DNA of 64,000 nt from Eutreptiella sp. 'Long Island Sound 2002' (GCA_964036045.1 OZ038379.1:25916001-25980000); one strand, 5' to 3'. Shown: positions 1 to 11,400, counted from the first letter of the stretch. A program made the numbers and translations. Notes: generated from the sequence alone by a model not told the origin.

Positions 1-1080
1 GGTTGAGGGTCGATTGATTTCGGTTAGCGGGTACCCGTGGATATGGCTGGTGGACGGACGCTTTGTGGCGATTCAGATAATGGGCCCATCAGTCAATTTG
101 CAGAACAGGCCGCTGTGCCCCCCCTCCCCCCTTCATGATGGAAGGATATCTGCAGCCACAGGTAGGGGAAGTGAGGGTTGTGATGGCAGGTGCATTTTGG
201 GAGAATACGCTCGTGACCCCTTGGGTATACTGTTCGGTACCGCTTCAGCACAGAAGTGGCCGGAGGTTGAGAAAGGGGCGATGTCCTCCCCTTTTGTGGC
301 TTGGTTGTGCCTGATCGCGCCGTGCACAGTTCTTCTCCACCCATTGCAGGCACAGAACAGCTGCCTGATATGCCCTTTGCACCGTTCTGGTACAAACGGA
401 ATGCACAGTGGGATTGGGATCGCAAGATGTCTCTTGCTCGATTTGTGTTTTGTGTTGCACACCGCGAAATGTGAGTGGTGTTCCGTGTTGTGTCCAAAAT
501 ATGTTGTGTGCCGTGATTTGTTTGCTGCGTGCGGAGTGGCCACATATGAAGGATTGGTACACATATCACAGTGACTTGCGGGCTGCATGCGAAACGGAAG
601 CGGCAGTTGCTGTTTTCATTCCACCCACAGAAATGCTCTAAGAAAAAACACTTTCCCAGCGCTTGTGGATGCGCAGTATCCAACTGTCAAAAGGTCAATT
701 TTTCAAGCTTTTTTCGTTTCTGGCCGAAATTTGCTCGAGTTTTTTGGGAGGCTGAGGAAAATTGTTGGCTAGATTTTTTAGTTTTGCAAGTATGAGGGTT
801 TCTTTTGGCGCTGTTTGGGATGCTTGGGTAATTTTTGGCTAATTTGCATATCTTCTGTTGTTTGTATTTTTAACACGTTATCAAACAGCTTGGGTAAATT
901 TCGGCCACCTTGAGTATTTTTTCAAATTTTTGGGTTTCTTTTTATCTTTTGGGATGCTGGAGGTAAATTTTGGCCAGCTGCGAGTTTGCTGCATCTTTTC
1001 GGGTAGTTCTGGGCTATTTTGATGGTTAAGCTGGGGAAAATTTCAGCAAATTTTGGTTTCTTGGTACCCCCCCCCCCCTT

Positions 1081-1402
1081 GCGCATGCACGGCCTTGTCT
1101 AAGCACGGGGTGGGCGTTGAACCGCCGTTTTGAGGAAATTTTGGGACCGCTGTTTTTGTGGTCCAGAATGGAGGGTTGGGTGTTTGTAGAGTGTTTGTAC
1201 AGGGAAAGAGGAGCTCAGTTATGTCTGTGATGGTGCATTCTGTTCATAACAACATTTTACTACACATTGGAACCCCATGCTGCTTGTTCTGATGTGATTT
1301 TCAGCCATGGCTAACAATGTTATTCCCGGTCTGGCTGTCACATGTGTCACGCGCATGCACAGCCTTGTCTAAGCACGGGGTGGGCGTTGAACCGCCGTTT
1401 TG
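1081..1402 (+). repeat. 52-bp direct repeat pair (1081-1132 and 1351-1402)
   Basis: GCGCATGCAC(G/A)GCCTTGTCTAAGCACGGGGTGGGCGTTGAACCGCCGTTTTG occurs twice, 270 bp apart, with one mismatch. Confidence 0.9.
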
Positions 1403-2044
1403 GCCTGACTGCTGGGACCGCGGCCGTGCTTGTGCAAGGGGGGGGGGGGGTAATTTGGGTGTTTCTGTTGACAAGTTTTCAACGGCTGGGTAAAATGTGA
1501 CCAGCTCTGGGATTTTGCTTGCTATAAGGGGTGAGTTTGGATATGTTCTTCAAGCTGTGGTAAATCACCCCGAAGAGAGGTTATGCAGGCATGGGCGCAT
1601 ACCCCAGTTTCTGGGGGTCATTCGCATCAGATACCCTATTATATGTCCAACCCCTTGTAAAATGATCCCTTTGGGGGACAAAATTCTCCCCCAACGAATT
1701 TTTTGATTTTGACCCCCCCCCCAAGCCTTAATTGATCAACCGGGGCGCTGTCCGAATGGCAAATCTACACGTAAGTGGGTGAATTTTACGAAAACGGCCA
1801 CTGTTTGGGCCACGGCGGTGTTTACAGGTGTAAATTGCGTGTAAATTGGTGTAAATTGATATGGCTCCACCATTTCTTGATGCAATTGAGCTTCTTTGTC
1901 TTGCAAGTTGTGTGCTTTTTGACATTTTCTCCACACTGTTGCCATTCGCACATGGTTGTCGCGGCACGTTTCGCGCGCACGGTGGGGTAGTGTAATCTAT
2001 GCATTGAAGAATGGTTATGAGACTTGGGAGTAGAACCAGTATTG

Positions 2045-2407
2045 GTGAGAGGGGTGGCCTCCTCCCCAAACTTGGTGGCACAACAACGTTGCTTTCAAGG
2101 GATGGGGTAGGGTAATGAACAATGTATGAAAAGACGAGAAGCTATGACCATAATGGTAGAAACTTTTATTAGGCAAATTGTAGCGCTGAAAATAGTCGGT
2201 GACAGGGGTGGCCTCCTCCCCAAACTTGGTGGCACAACAATGTTGGGTTCAAGGGATGGGGTAGGGTCATGAGCAATGCATGGAAAGAAGAGAAGCTATG
2301 ATTATAATGCAAAAACTATTATCAGGCAAATTTCAGAGTAGAAAAAGGTCAGTGAGAAGGGTGGCCCCCTCCCCAACTTTGGTGGCACAACAAGGTTGGT
2401 TACAAGG
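2045..2407 (+). repeat. Degenerate tandem repeat, ~154-bp unit, ~2.4 copies
   Basis: The motif GGGTGGCC(T/C)CCTCCCCAA(A/C)(C/T)TTGGTGGCACAACAA recurs at ~2051, ~2205 and ~2358, with similar sequence between copies. Confidence 0.85.
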
Positions 2408-3271
2408 GTGTCCTTCTTTCCCTTGCGGTCTCATTGCACCCCCCCCCCCCCGTTTTCTGTTCGATCACTCTTTTTTTGGGCTGTGACATGGGTGCGGCCG
2501 CTTGGCCCCGTTGCGCCTCAAGGTGCTGCTTGGATGCATTTTCCTGGCGTTGCTGAGGTCCTCCGGTACTTACATTCGGAGGCGGGTGGGTCTCTACGCA
2601 TCCAACACACTCAAGTCGCGCGCGCTGCCACAACCAACGCCATGCGGGACGGCTACGCCTTCACGTTTGCTGAGCCATCGTCTCTTGTGGCGGCCCCTGT
2701 GTGTTGATTTGGGCCCAGGTCCCATTGCACTTTAGGTCCCTCTATATCCCTCTATATCCCTCTATCCCTCTATATAGACCCCCCAACCAATGATGGGGGT
2801 TCTGGGTGCTATCTCCAATTTTCCAAGATCGGCCCCCCTGTGAGCCCACTTGTGAGGAATTGGCCGTGTACGAGTTGGCTGGCGCAATTTAGGGGTGATT
2901 CCCCAGCAACCCCAGGGACCATTGGGCCATTGTTGGGTAATTGTTTCGTGACAATGGCAGGATGTATAAACTCATGTAGCCCCAATTAGGCCCTCCTAGT
3001 GGTGCTTGTTGCCTCCCAAAGTGCCCTTTCGGCGTGTTTGCACTGGGATGGGTGGAACTTCGTCAGCCCATAGTGTACAACTTCCCCATTTTGTTGCTCG
3101 TCCTTTGTCAAGGTGCATTTTTGAAGGCAATAGAATTTTGACAAGAACAATGAAAATTTTTCTTGGGAGCGCTATTGGGTCCCACTGTATCCGAAGGACT
3201 AGCCACCAACAAAGAAGCAGTTGGGTACCAGCAAAGGGAAGGGAACTGTGTTTTGTAGCTGTGTGTTGTGG

Positions 3272-3289
3272 CTAGTTCGAGCCTCTTCA
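3272..3289 (+). repeat. Left target-site duplication of the LINE (18 bp)
   Basis: CTAGTTCGAGCCTCTTCA, identical to 14028-14045; the bases on either side differ between the two copies. Confidence 0.9.
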
Positions 3290-3456
3290 GGTGTTTTTGT
3301 TGCCCCTGCATGTGGTGACACTGCCACTGAGACTCTGAGACCCAGAATCTTACCGAAAGCAACAACTCTTGACCTACACAGGGCCCAGTGCCCTCGCCTC
3401 GCGCTCACACAGGCTTCTGGCCTCGCTGACACTGCCCTTGAGCGGGGCCATACAAT

Positions 3457-5487
3457 ATGTCGCCCATCACGCTGGACGACAAAGCGCTACGAGGGCTGCG
3501 CGACATCATCCGCCAGGAGGTTCAGGCGGCCATGGGAGCGACCTCACAACAGCAGCCAAGTGCAGCGGCTGGAGAGCGAAACACACCCACATCTGCAAAG
3601 AGCACCAGCAAAGGTGCAAGCAGATCACAAAACCCCACCCAATCCCAGGGGGCAGCAGGATCCAAGGCCAAGGCCAGATCACAGTCCCCAGCCCGCCAGT
3701 CAACCACTGGTGCAGGGAGCAAAACGGTGCGAGAAGATCCCAAAGACAAGGAAATTCGAGAGCTCAAAGACATGATCAAAGAGCTCACCGCCACGATCAA
3801 GGAGCTTCGGGCCTCCATTCGACATCCCAAGAAGACGTCAGACAACGAAGATGCAGCGGAGCCAACACAGCTGGCTCAACGGCTACGCACGTATGCGGAT
3901 GCAGCGGCCAAGGGGAAATCCTCCTCAGTGCAAAAGTCACAGGAAAGCAGCCAGTCCAGTGCTTATACGGTAGTCAAATCACGATCTGCTGTCAAAGTAC
4001 TTGGCAAGCCAAAAGATGTAGGTATGCCAGTGCAACCAACGCATGGAGTAGCTGCGGAGGAAGCACGAACCTGGCAAGCCTCTGCCCTACTACCATTGCA
4101 ACTCTGGAAAGAAGCCGAGAACAAACAACTTGGCCTTCCGGTGCTGAATCCCAGCAAACCACCAGCCGAATGGAAAGTCTCAGAAAGACCAGGCACCTTC
4201 CAAAGGGTGCTCATGCTAGGAGGCACAGCAGACTCATGTGCAGAACTCGCAGACATGGCTTTCACGTCCCATCCTCAGGTAGAACACATGGCTGCCATCG
4301 TCAACGTGCCAAATACAGCCGGAGTCAAAAAGGCAACTGTCGCGGACGCACTACGCCGCATGAGACTCACGCGCGCCGATCTAGATGTTCAGGGCTGCTT
4401 GCTAACCCTGGCAACCCGAATCACGCGGGCCGAGTGGGTCCACTCCGAGGGTCCGCCCAGGCCCATAGCAGATCAGCAACTATGGATGCAGTGGGAAAGG
4501 ACCACAATGGAACAAGACGACGAATCGGACCATCAGGAATCAGACACGGCGGAGCATGCCCCAGTGACCCCCTCGGAGAGGGAAAGTGGCTTCCACAAGA
4601 TATCCTTGCAGATAGATCCTCTTATGTGCTCGGATTCCGAACTGCCTCCGAACAGAACCAAAGGCTCTGCACAACGCTGGGTGAGGCAGCAAACGATGGA
4701 GTACCTGAAAACGTGCATGCAAGAAATGACACAGGCACCGCCAATGGAGATTTTTCGCCGAGCAGAACATTACTCAGTCACGATGGAGCTCCCACTGGAG
4801 GCTGCCAAAAGGGTGCTCATCGGGTCGGGCAAGCTGCAAGGCATCGAGGCAAGGCCGTGGATGTCGAAAGGATCTCCTGGACCTGGACTGGAAGCACGCA
4901 TTCTCTGGCTGAAAGCCCCCAACATGAAGAGCTCCAGCAACATATGGGAGATCCTTCACACCCAATACTGGTTTGCCGGTGTGCTGACAGGAGACGCTGT
5001 CGGCAGATGGGGTATCCGAATATGGGGAACAGAAGAACCAAGCGAGCAGCAAAGGACAGGTATTGCGAACCTGCTTGGAGCAGAGGCCCCCACCAAACGA
5101 ACACGCATACGGGTGTACGGATACCCGGCCGGTTTCGGCTACGGTACCACGTGGGCTCAAGAGGAGGCCGCACGTGTCTTTCCCTCAGGCAAGGTCCAAG
5201 TTCTTTCCTGCCAACACCTCGTCAGCGCGTCCATAACCAAGCCGGTGTTCGACATTACCGCAACGGGGGTGCCAACGGAATGGCAGGCGCACAAGCTGGA
5301 GTCCACCGACACCAGAGCAAACCCACGGATTTGGAGGCGGTGCGTGTCGCACAAACTCCGACCAGCAGCGGAAAGAGTTGGACGCCAAGAGAGACTACGT
5401 CTAGCCACACGGGCAGACGACGACCCAGAGACTACCTCTTTGCAAGACGTCGTGGAGGACAACCACGACATGGAGACGGGACAATAA
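3457..5487 (+). CDS. LINE ORF1 (gag-like nucleic-acid chaperone), 676 aa
   Basis: Intact ATG-TAA ORF at the 5' end of the element. It has a heptad coiled coil (KDKEIRELKDMIKELTATIKELRASI), the RTYADAAA motif often seen in LINE ORF1s, and a globular C-terminal half. Confidence 0.85.
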   Translation: MSPITLDDKALRGLRDIIRQEVQAAMGATSQQQPSAAAGERNTPTSAKSTSKGASRSQNPTQSQGAAGSKAKARSQSPARQSTTGAGSKTVREDPKDKEIRELKDMIKELTATIKELRASIRHPKKTSDNEDAAEPTQLAQRLRTYADAAAKGKSSSVQKSQESSQSSAYTVVKSRSAVKVLGKPKDVGMPVQPTHGVAAEEARTWQASALLPLQLWKEAENKQLGLPVLNPSKPPAEWKVSERPGTFQRVLMLGGTADSCAELADMAFTSHPQVEHMAAIVNVPNTAGVKKATVADALRRMRLTRADLDVQGCLLTLATRITRAEWVHSEGPPRPIADQQLWMQWERTTMEQDDESDHQESDTAEHAPVTPSERESGFHKISLQIDPLMCSDSELPPNRTKGSAQRWVRQQTMEYLKTCMQEMTQAPPMEIFRRAEHYSVTMELPLEAAKRVLIGSGKLQGIEARPWMSKGSPGPGLEARILWLKAPNMKSSSNIWEILHTQYWFAGVLTGDAVGRWGIRIWGTEEPSEQQRTGIANLLGAEAPTKRTRIRVYGYPAGFGYGTTWAQEEAARVFPSGKVQVLSCQHLVSASITKPVFDITATGVPTEWQAHKLESTDTRANPRIWRRCVSHKLRPAAERVGRQERLRLATRADDDPETTSLQDVVEDNHDMETGQ

Positions 5488-8400
5488 TGATGTCCGTACG
5501 GGCAGTGGCATTGCTGCGTCCAAGGGCATGCACGAGTCGGTACAAACAGCCGCCGTGCTACGCGAGACGGACACGTCCGCCGCGCGGGAAATCTTCAGGA
5601 TTCCTCTTGTGCATGCTGTGCCTTTTGCCACGGTGCTCTAACTGTAGACAATGTTGCCATACACCAGCCCTGAGTGCACGCAAGTGACCCCCCACTGAGC
5701 TGACGAGAGAGGACGCAATGAGAACCGCTCGGGCACGCAGCCCTGAAATGATGCTCCCCCTACCAGGGCTCTTACCACCCAGGACGTGCGACTGCCGCCC
5801 GGACTGCCTATTCCTGATGACAGGTACTATGTCTTATTCCATGGGACGGTCGCACAAAAGGCGAAGGTCGGACTCCAGCAGCGAGGAAGGTGAACGCCAA
5901 CATCGAAAGCGGCAGCAGCCGCAACAGCACACCCACATCCATGTCCACGTCCACCAGCCCCAACAGCGGCACCCAGATCGGTCGAAACGCCGCAGTGCAC
6001 ACCGAGAACGATGCAGGATTCAAGGCGAGACCAGACGGATGGAAAGCGCGCTGCAAGAGCTCGATGCCCAACAGGCAACTGAAGTCCAAGCAGCCCAGGA
6101 GGAGCAGCAGTCGGCCGCGCAGTACTCTGACAGGGCCCCTCCGATCCCGTTCCACGCTAACCCGCCGAGACAAAGGCCACGGACACCCAGCTACGAGCAG
6201 GTGATGGCCCGCCCACCACTACCCAGCTATGATGAGGTAGTGGGGATGACAGCAGACGAGGAAGAAGCAGAGCATGGCCCTAGCAGATCCGGACTCGCCA
6301 ACCCGTACTCCCTGGAGCAGCTGAGGGACATCTCGGCAGCGGTGCAGATGCAACCGGCACGGCCCACGGTGATCACCGACGTCCTGTACAAAACAGGCTC
6401 ATACATAGCCTTGGCGCCGGAGCCCCATCTTGCGCTGCATCATCGCGATGATTGGGTCAGAGACTGGGCCACGGATGTCGGACACCAGCTGGGTTTTGAC
6501 GACGCGCCAGAGCCCGACACGGTCAAGCAAGGGACCCATGCGGCGCCACGAAACTGGAGGCTGCGGCTGCGGGGAAGGAAACCCCAGAGACTTACTTTCG
6601 GCATCAGCTCCAACGCCAAATATGGAGTGTCCCAGTACGCATGGGCCTCGGGCGCGGCATGGCTGATCAGCCGCATCCACGCCCAAACAACAGCAGTGAG
6701 GCCGCCGTCACCGCCACCGGAGGACGAAGATGCCCAGCCGCCGGCATACGCGCCACGCCAAAAGTTTGTGGACCAGGTATGTGCAGACCTTGCTTGGCAG
6801 GTGCCTGAACGTGCGGTCCTCTCAGCAAGCGCTGATACATGCAGATACAGTACCCCCCTGCTCACACAAACTTGTCTTCTCACTTCCAGTGGCTCGACCC
6901 GGAATGGAAGCTGCAGCGAGGCTACCGAGACGGCAGATGACCGTGACCCGAAAATCCGTCAAGGCGCACCATCACCGCTGCCCATGCACACTCTCAACCC
7001 TGCCAGTGACGAGCAGGCCAGCATAGCTAAGACGGAGAGCTCCGCTAACCACCCAGCTAAGCCGTGCGCGAGATGGGAACGCCCGCCGCGTCACAGTGCC
7101 GAGAGACGGTCTGTGATGGCGAGAGTCGCCGGAATATTATGGACGAGTCGGGTAAGCCCGCCGTCCTCAGCAGCGGTGCCTGATGCACACTGCAATGCCA
7201 GTATTCACTGTCACTGTAACCTCAGAGCTTCTCTTCCTGACCCCTCCAGCATGCCTAACCGCCTGGCCTGCCTTGCTCCTTTTAGCCCCCTGCTCCTGCT
7301 CATGGATCAGTCAGATCAGAATCCCACCCCAACGCAGTCGGCCCACAACTTGGCACAGCTGGTGCCACCTGACCAGTGGGCCGCGCTGCATGTGCGCGCA
7401 CACACACGCGCACGCACGCATCCACACTGGAAGCGTGACCAGATCCTACGCTGTGGTGACATGCACCCCAACCCAGGACCCACCTCTCTGGCACTCATCA
7501 ACGTGACGGCCTTGCGAGCACACCACCATGAAGTGCTGGATTTGCAAGAGGACATCGTGGCGCTCACGGAAACACGGCTCACGCAAGGGGCCCAGAATGC
7601 GATGGCCTTCATGGCAAGACAGAAGGGGTGGCAACCCTTTTGGGGAGCCCCCCTACTATCCAAGACAGGAGGCATTTGGGGAGCTGCCCCAGGAGGGACG
7701 GCCCTTTTGGTACGGGAAAAGTGGCCGGCAAAGCAAGCTCAGCGGGACCCGGGATGCACACTCAGTGAGGAACTGTGGAATTCAGGCAGGTGGCTGCACG
7801 TCATCGTGACCCCAGCGGATGGTAAACGCCCCCTGAACGTGATTGTGGTGTATGGGATCCCAGGAGACCACAAGCTAAATGGCAAGCTATGGGAGGCAGT
7901 GCTGACCCAAGTTGCAAAGCTGGGGAACTCCCCCTTTCTGATAGCCACGGATGCCAATGTCCAACTAGATCATTATCGCTGCATGCCTAACCTCATGATG
8001 ACGGAGCTGCTGTCGGGGCGCATTGTGGATGTCGACCTCTTACATGCACGGACCACGGGACAGGACTGCCAGTGCTCGTACCACAATGGCTCCATCAAAC
8101 AGAAACCAACCAGAATTGATGGTATTTTGGCGGATGCCAAGACGGCCAGTGCCATCATGAAAGTCTTGCCAACTGAAAGATTTCCCGTGCCTGGACACAA
8201 GCCGGTCACCTTCACCTTCAATTTCAAGCAGTCTGCCCAGCGGGTTCTGAAGTTTGTGCGGTTACCACCCATGATACCAGCCCACCTGCAGAAACGCAAG
8301 CGGGACCAAATAGTGAAAGACGTCACCGAACCCTACGTGGCGATATGGGAGAAAGTCCTAGACAATGAGGCGTCCACGGCAGATCAACTGTGGGACCTCT

Positions 8401-11400
8401 GGACATGGCTGGCTGAAGAAACCATGCTGGTCCTGACCATGGCACCGCCGCCAGTGGTCAGGACAGGAATATGCCAACTACCACTGGCTCCCCAAGAGTT
8501 GCCGAGAGGACGGGGAACCAAGAAGATGCTCAAGACGGTGGAGCTCACGCCGAAGCGCATGACGTCGTCAGGACTCCCGTGCACTGCACCAACCAAGGAG
8601 ATGTCCGCCCTGCTGAGCGCCCTAGTGCCAGTGATGAAGTGGGCGGCAAGCAGGGAACAAGCCGTGGTCCCTGTTATGGGCCCCGTACCGCGAGAGGTCC
8701 TCAACAATTGGAAGGCGATACGCAGGAGAGCCCACCGCATTCTTCAGCTCATCTCCAAAGGGCAATGTGTAGCAGAGCACCAAGAACTACTGCGCACGGT
8801 GATGGAGGCCCCAGAAAGTGCACCCATGACCATCACCGACTTGGTCCGGCTCAGTGATAAGATTAAAATGCTGAGTAGGCGGCAACTAGCTCAAGAAGAA
8901 AATAAGAGGCACCAAGATTGGAGAGAATGGATTGAGGAGACCTGGACCACATCACCTGGGAAGGTGTACCAATGGATCAAAGAGGACAAGTACACGCCCA
9001 CGGTCCTGATCCAGAAAGAGGACGGCACCTTGACTGGCAATGTGCCCGAAATGGACCTCGTGATACACCAAAAATGGGACCCGATAATGAGACAGCACGC
9101 GGATCCGGCGCTGCCGGAGCCGGAAACTTAACCCTTCTGGCGCAAGTTCGGCAAATATGTGGAGCATCACCAGATGGAATGTCAGCCCATCACCGCGGAA
9201 CGCCTTTGCCGTCAGTTCAAGGACATGAAACGCGGCCGGGCCACAGGTCTAGACGGATGGACTGTTGTGGACATGCGGAACATGCCATGGCCGCTACTGC
9301 AAATGCTGGCTCAGCTGTTAAACTGGGTCGAATCCCATGGCGTATGGCCTGAGCAACTTGCCACCGGGTACATTCCGCTGATCCCCAAAGGCGAGGGCAG
9401 TGAGCCGCTGCAGCTCAGGCCGCTGTCGGTGCTGTCTGCGATTTATGGCGCCTGGTCCGGTATCCGACTCCGTGACTGCCTCATCTGGCAGGAGAAGTGG
9501 GTGCACCGTAATGCATTTGCCTTCAGGCCGCAGAAGAGCGCCCTGGACGCAGCAACTCTGCTAGCCGCCCTCATTGAGCGAGCACACCTACTGAAGCAGG
9601 CATTATCTGGCGCTGGCACTGACTATGTGAAGTGTTTTGATTTGATACCACAACAAATCTCCTTCCGGATGGCACGAGAGTTCGGCCTGGACCCCAAACC
9701 GCAGGCGGCATTGGAGGCCATGTATCAACAACTACACAGGGCATTCAAAATAAACGGGGCGGTGGGCTCCTTTTTTCACGCCACGAACGGAGTACTGCAA
9801 GGGTGCGCCATGAGCGTACTCATGATCAACATGCTCACCACAGTCTGGATGCGTGCCGTAGACGAGCTGGAAGGAGCTATCTCAGTGACGGTACACAGCC
9901 TGCCGCCCATACCGCCCAAGCTGGAAGAGCCCAAGGAGCTGAGATACAGACGTAAACCCTCCCCGTCCACCGCGGTGTCCTGCCTTCGGCCACCACCGGC
10001 CCCGAGCAGGTGCGTTATGAAGACCTTCGGCTCGGGGATTGACCAGTTTGAATATTGGGAACACTCCAACCCCTGCACATGTGGCCATGGACCTCCACCT
10101 CCGCCTCAGCAATCGCAGCCGCCACACCCCTCCTCCGAACCTGAGCCCGAACGCGATGGGCTGGTGGAAGAAGAAATGGCAGCATCGGGGGAGTCCCCTC
10201 CCCACAGCCCAGTGAAGCTCAGGGGTGCTCAACCCCAGCCACAAGAGGCGGGCACGATCCAGGTCGGGTCCATGGGCTACGCAGATGACACGTATCCGCT
10301 GCGATCTGAGGGCCAATACATGGCGCCGGTAATGCAGCTCACTGATGAGTGGCTAGCTCTTACTCTGCAAAAAGTGAACCCCAAGAAGTCACTGTCCATA
10401 CAAGTACGACAATCCAAGGAAATTGCCCGCAAACACACGGTACTCCAAGGGATCTCACTCCGCCTCCAAGCTGAATTCCGCTCGCTGGGGGTGGGTATTC
10501 GTACCAGCCTGACCAGGGGGACTGGCCCGCTCCTGAAAAAGAGGACATCCAAGGGGATACACCTGCTGTCCAGAGTGAGGGGTGCACAAGGAGGCTTCAG
10601 CCGGCGAACGCACATCATTGCCACTCTGGTACAAGCCGCAGCCCTATGGGGGACCCCGGGGGCGGAGGTATCCCGGAGGGATTTACAGAGTCTGGAGACG
10701 GCAGTGCTCCACAGTTTGTGGGGCACCTCGAGGCCAGGTAGGGCGAAGGAGATCATCTTCGTGCTGCTGGTACAGGGACACCGGGTGTCTCCTCACATGA
10801 AAACCACGTATGACAGGGTATGTTGGCTCCTCGTGGTGGCGCGCACGCCAGGCACCCTGCAGGTTGTGGTGCAGTCGTGCATTGAAGCTCGGCAAGCACA
10901 GGTACGACCCACTACATCAGGACCGGTTCAACGAGCCCTCCTGGAGTTGGAGAGCCTTGGCTGGAGGCAGGCGGATCATTGGTGGGTCTGGAATGTGCCA
11001 GGGGTGCCCGAAGAAATAGACATGACGCTCATAAATGAGGACAAATTCAAGCATATCCTGCGGGACTCCATCAGGCGGCGGGCCTAGCTCTTGCTGGAAG
11101 ATGGTCGACCGCGACAATTTCAAGGCATCTTAGGGGCCCTAGACAGGGAGGCATGTCAAATCCTTCTATCAGAGGGCACAGAATTTGATAAGGCGCTGCT
11201 GCGGGGCTGGCTCACAGGGGCGTTATGGACGGCTGCCAGGGCGCATGCGAAGGGCCTCAGGGCGACACCGCTATGCCCATACTGCTCGCGGCAACAAGAA
11301 GAAGACGACGAACACATCTTGTGGGCCTGCCCAGCCTGGGGCATACATCGATCCGGTGCCTGGCGCTCGCTTATGAGAACGGCGAGGGCACTGGGGCTAT

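Noticed and set aside
1-2000. Faint Penelope-like phrases on the minus strand (LCIPFVPERCKGHIRQLF; FAIRTAPRLIN*)
   Set aside because: Isolated short resemblances with no catalytic motifs.
3272-3289. TSD contains GTTCGAGCC (B-box-like), suggesting tRNA targeting
   Set aside because: The reconstructed empty site shows no T-arm stem, A box or cloverleaf.
3290-3456. HDV-like ribozyme in the LINE 5' UTR (as in L1Tc/R2)
   Set aside because: Only a simple GGGC..CAGTG/CACTGCCC hairpin is visible; I could not assemble P1/P1.1/P3/J4-2. An RNArobo/Infernal search would settle it.
9129-11087. TAA/TAG reassignment to Gln as the explanation for ORF2 stops
   Set aside because: TAA ends ORF1 (5485) and the host transporter (34972), and no in-frame TAA/TAG appears in the identified host exons.
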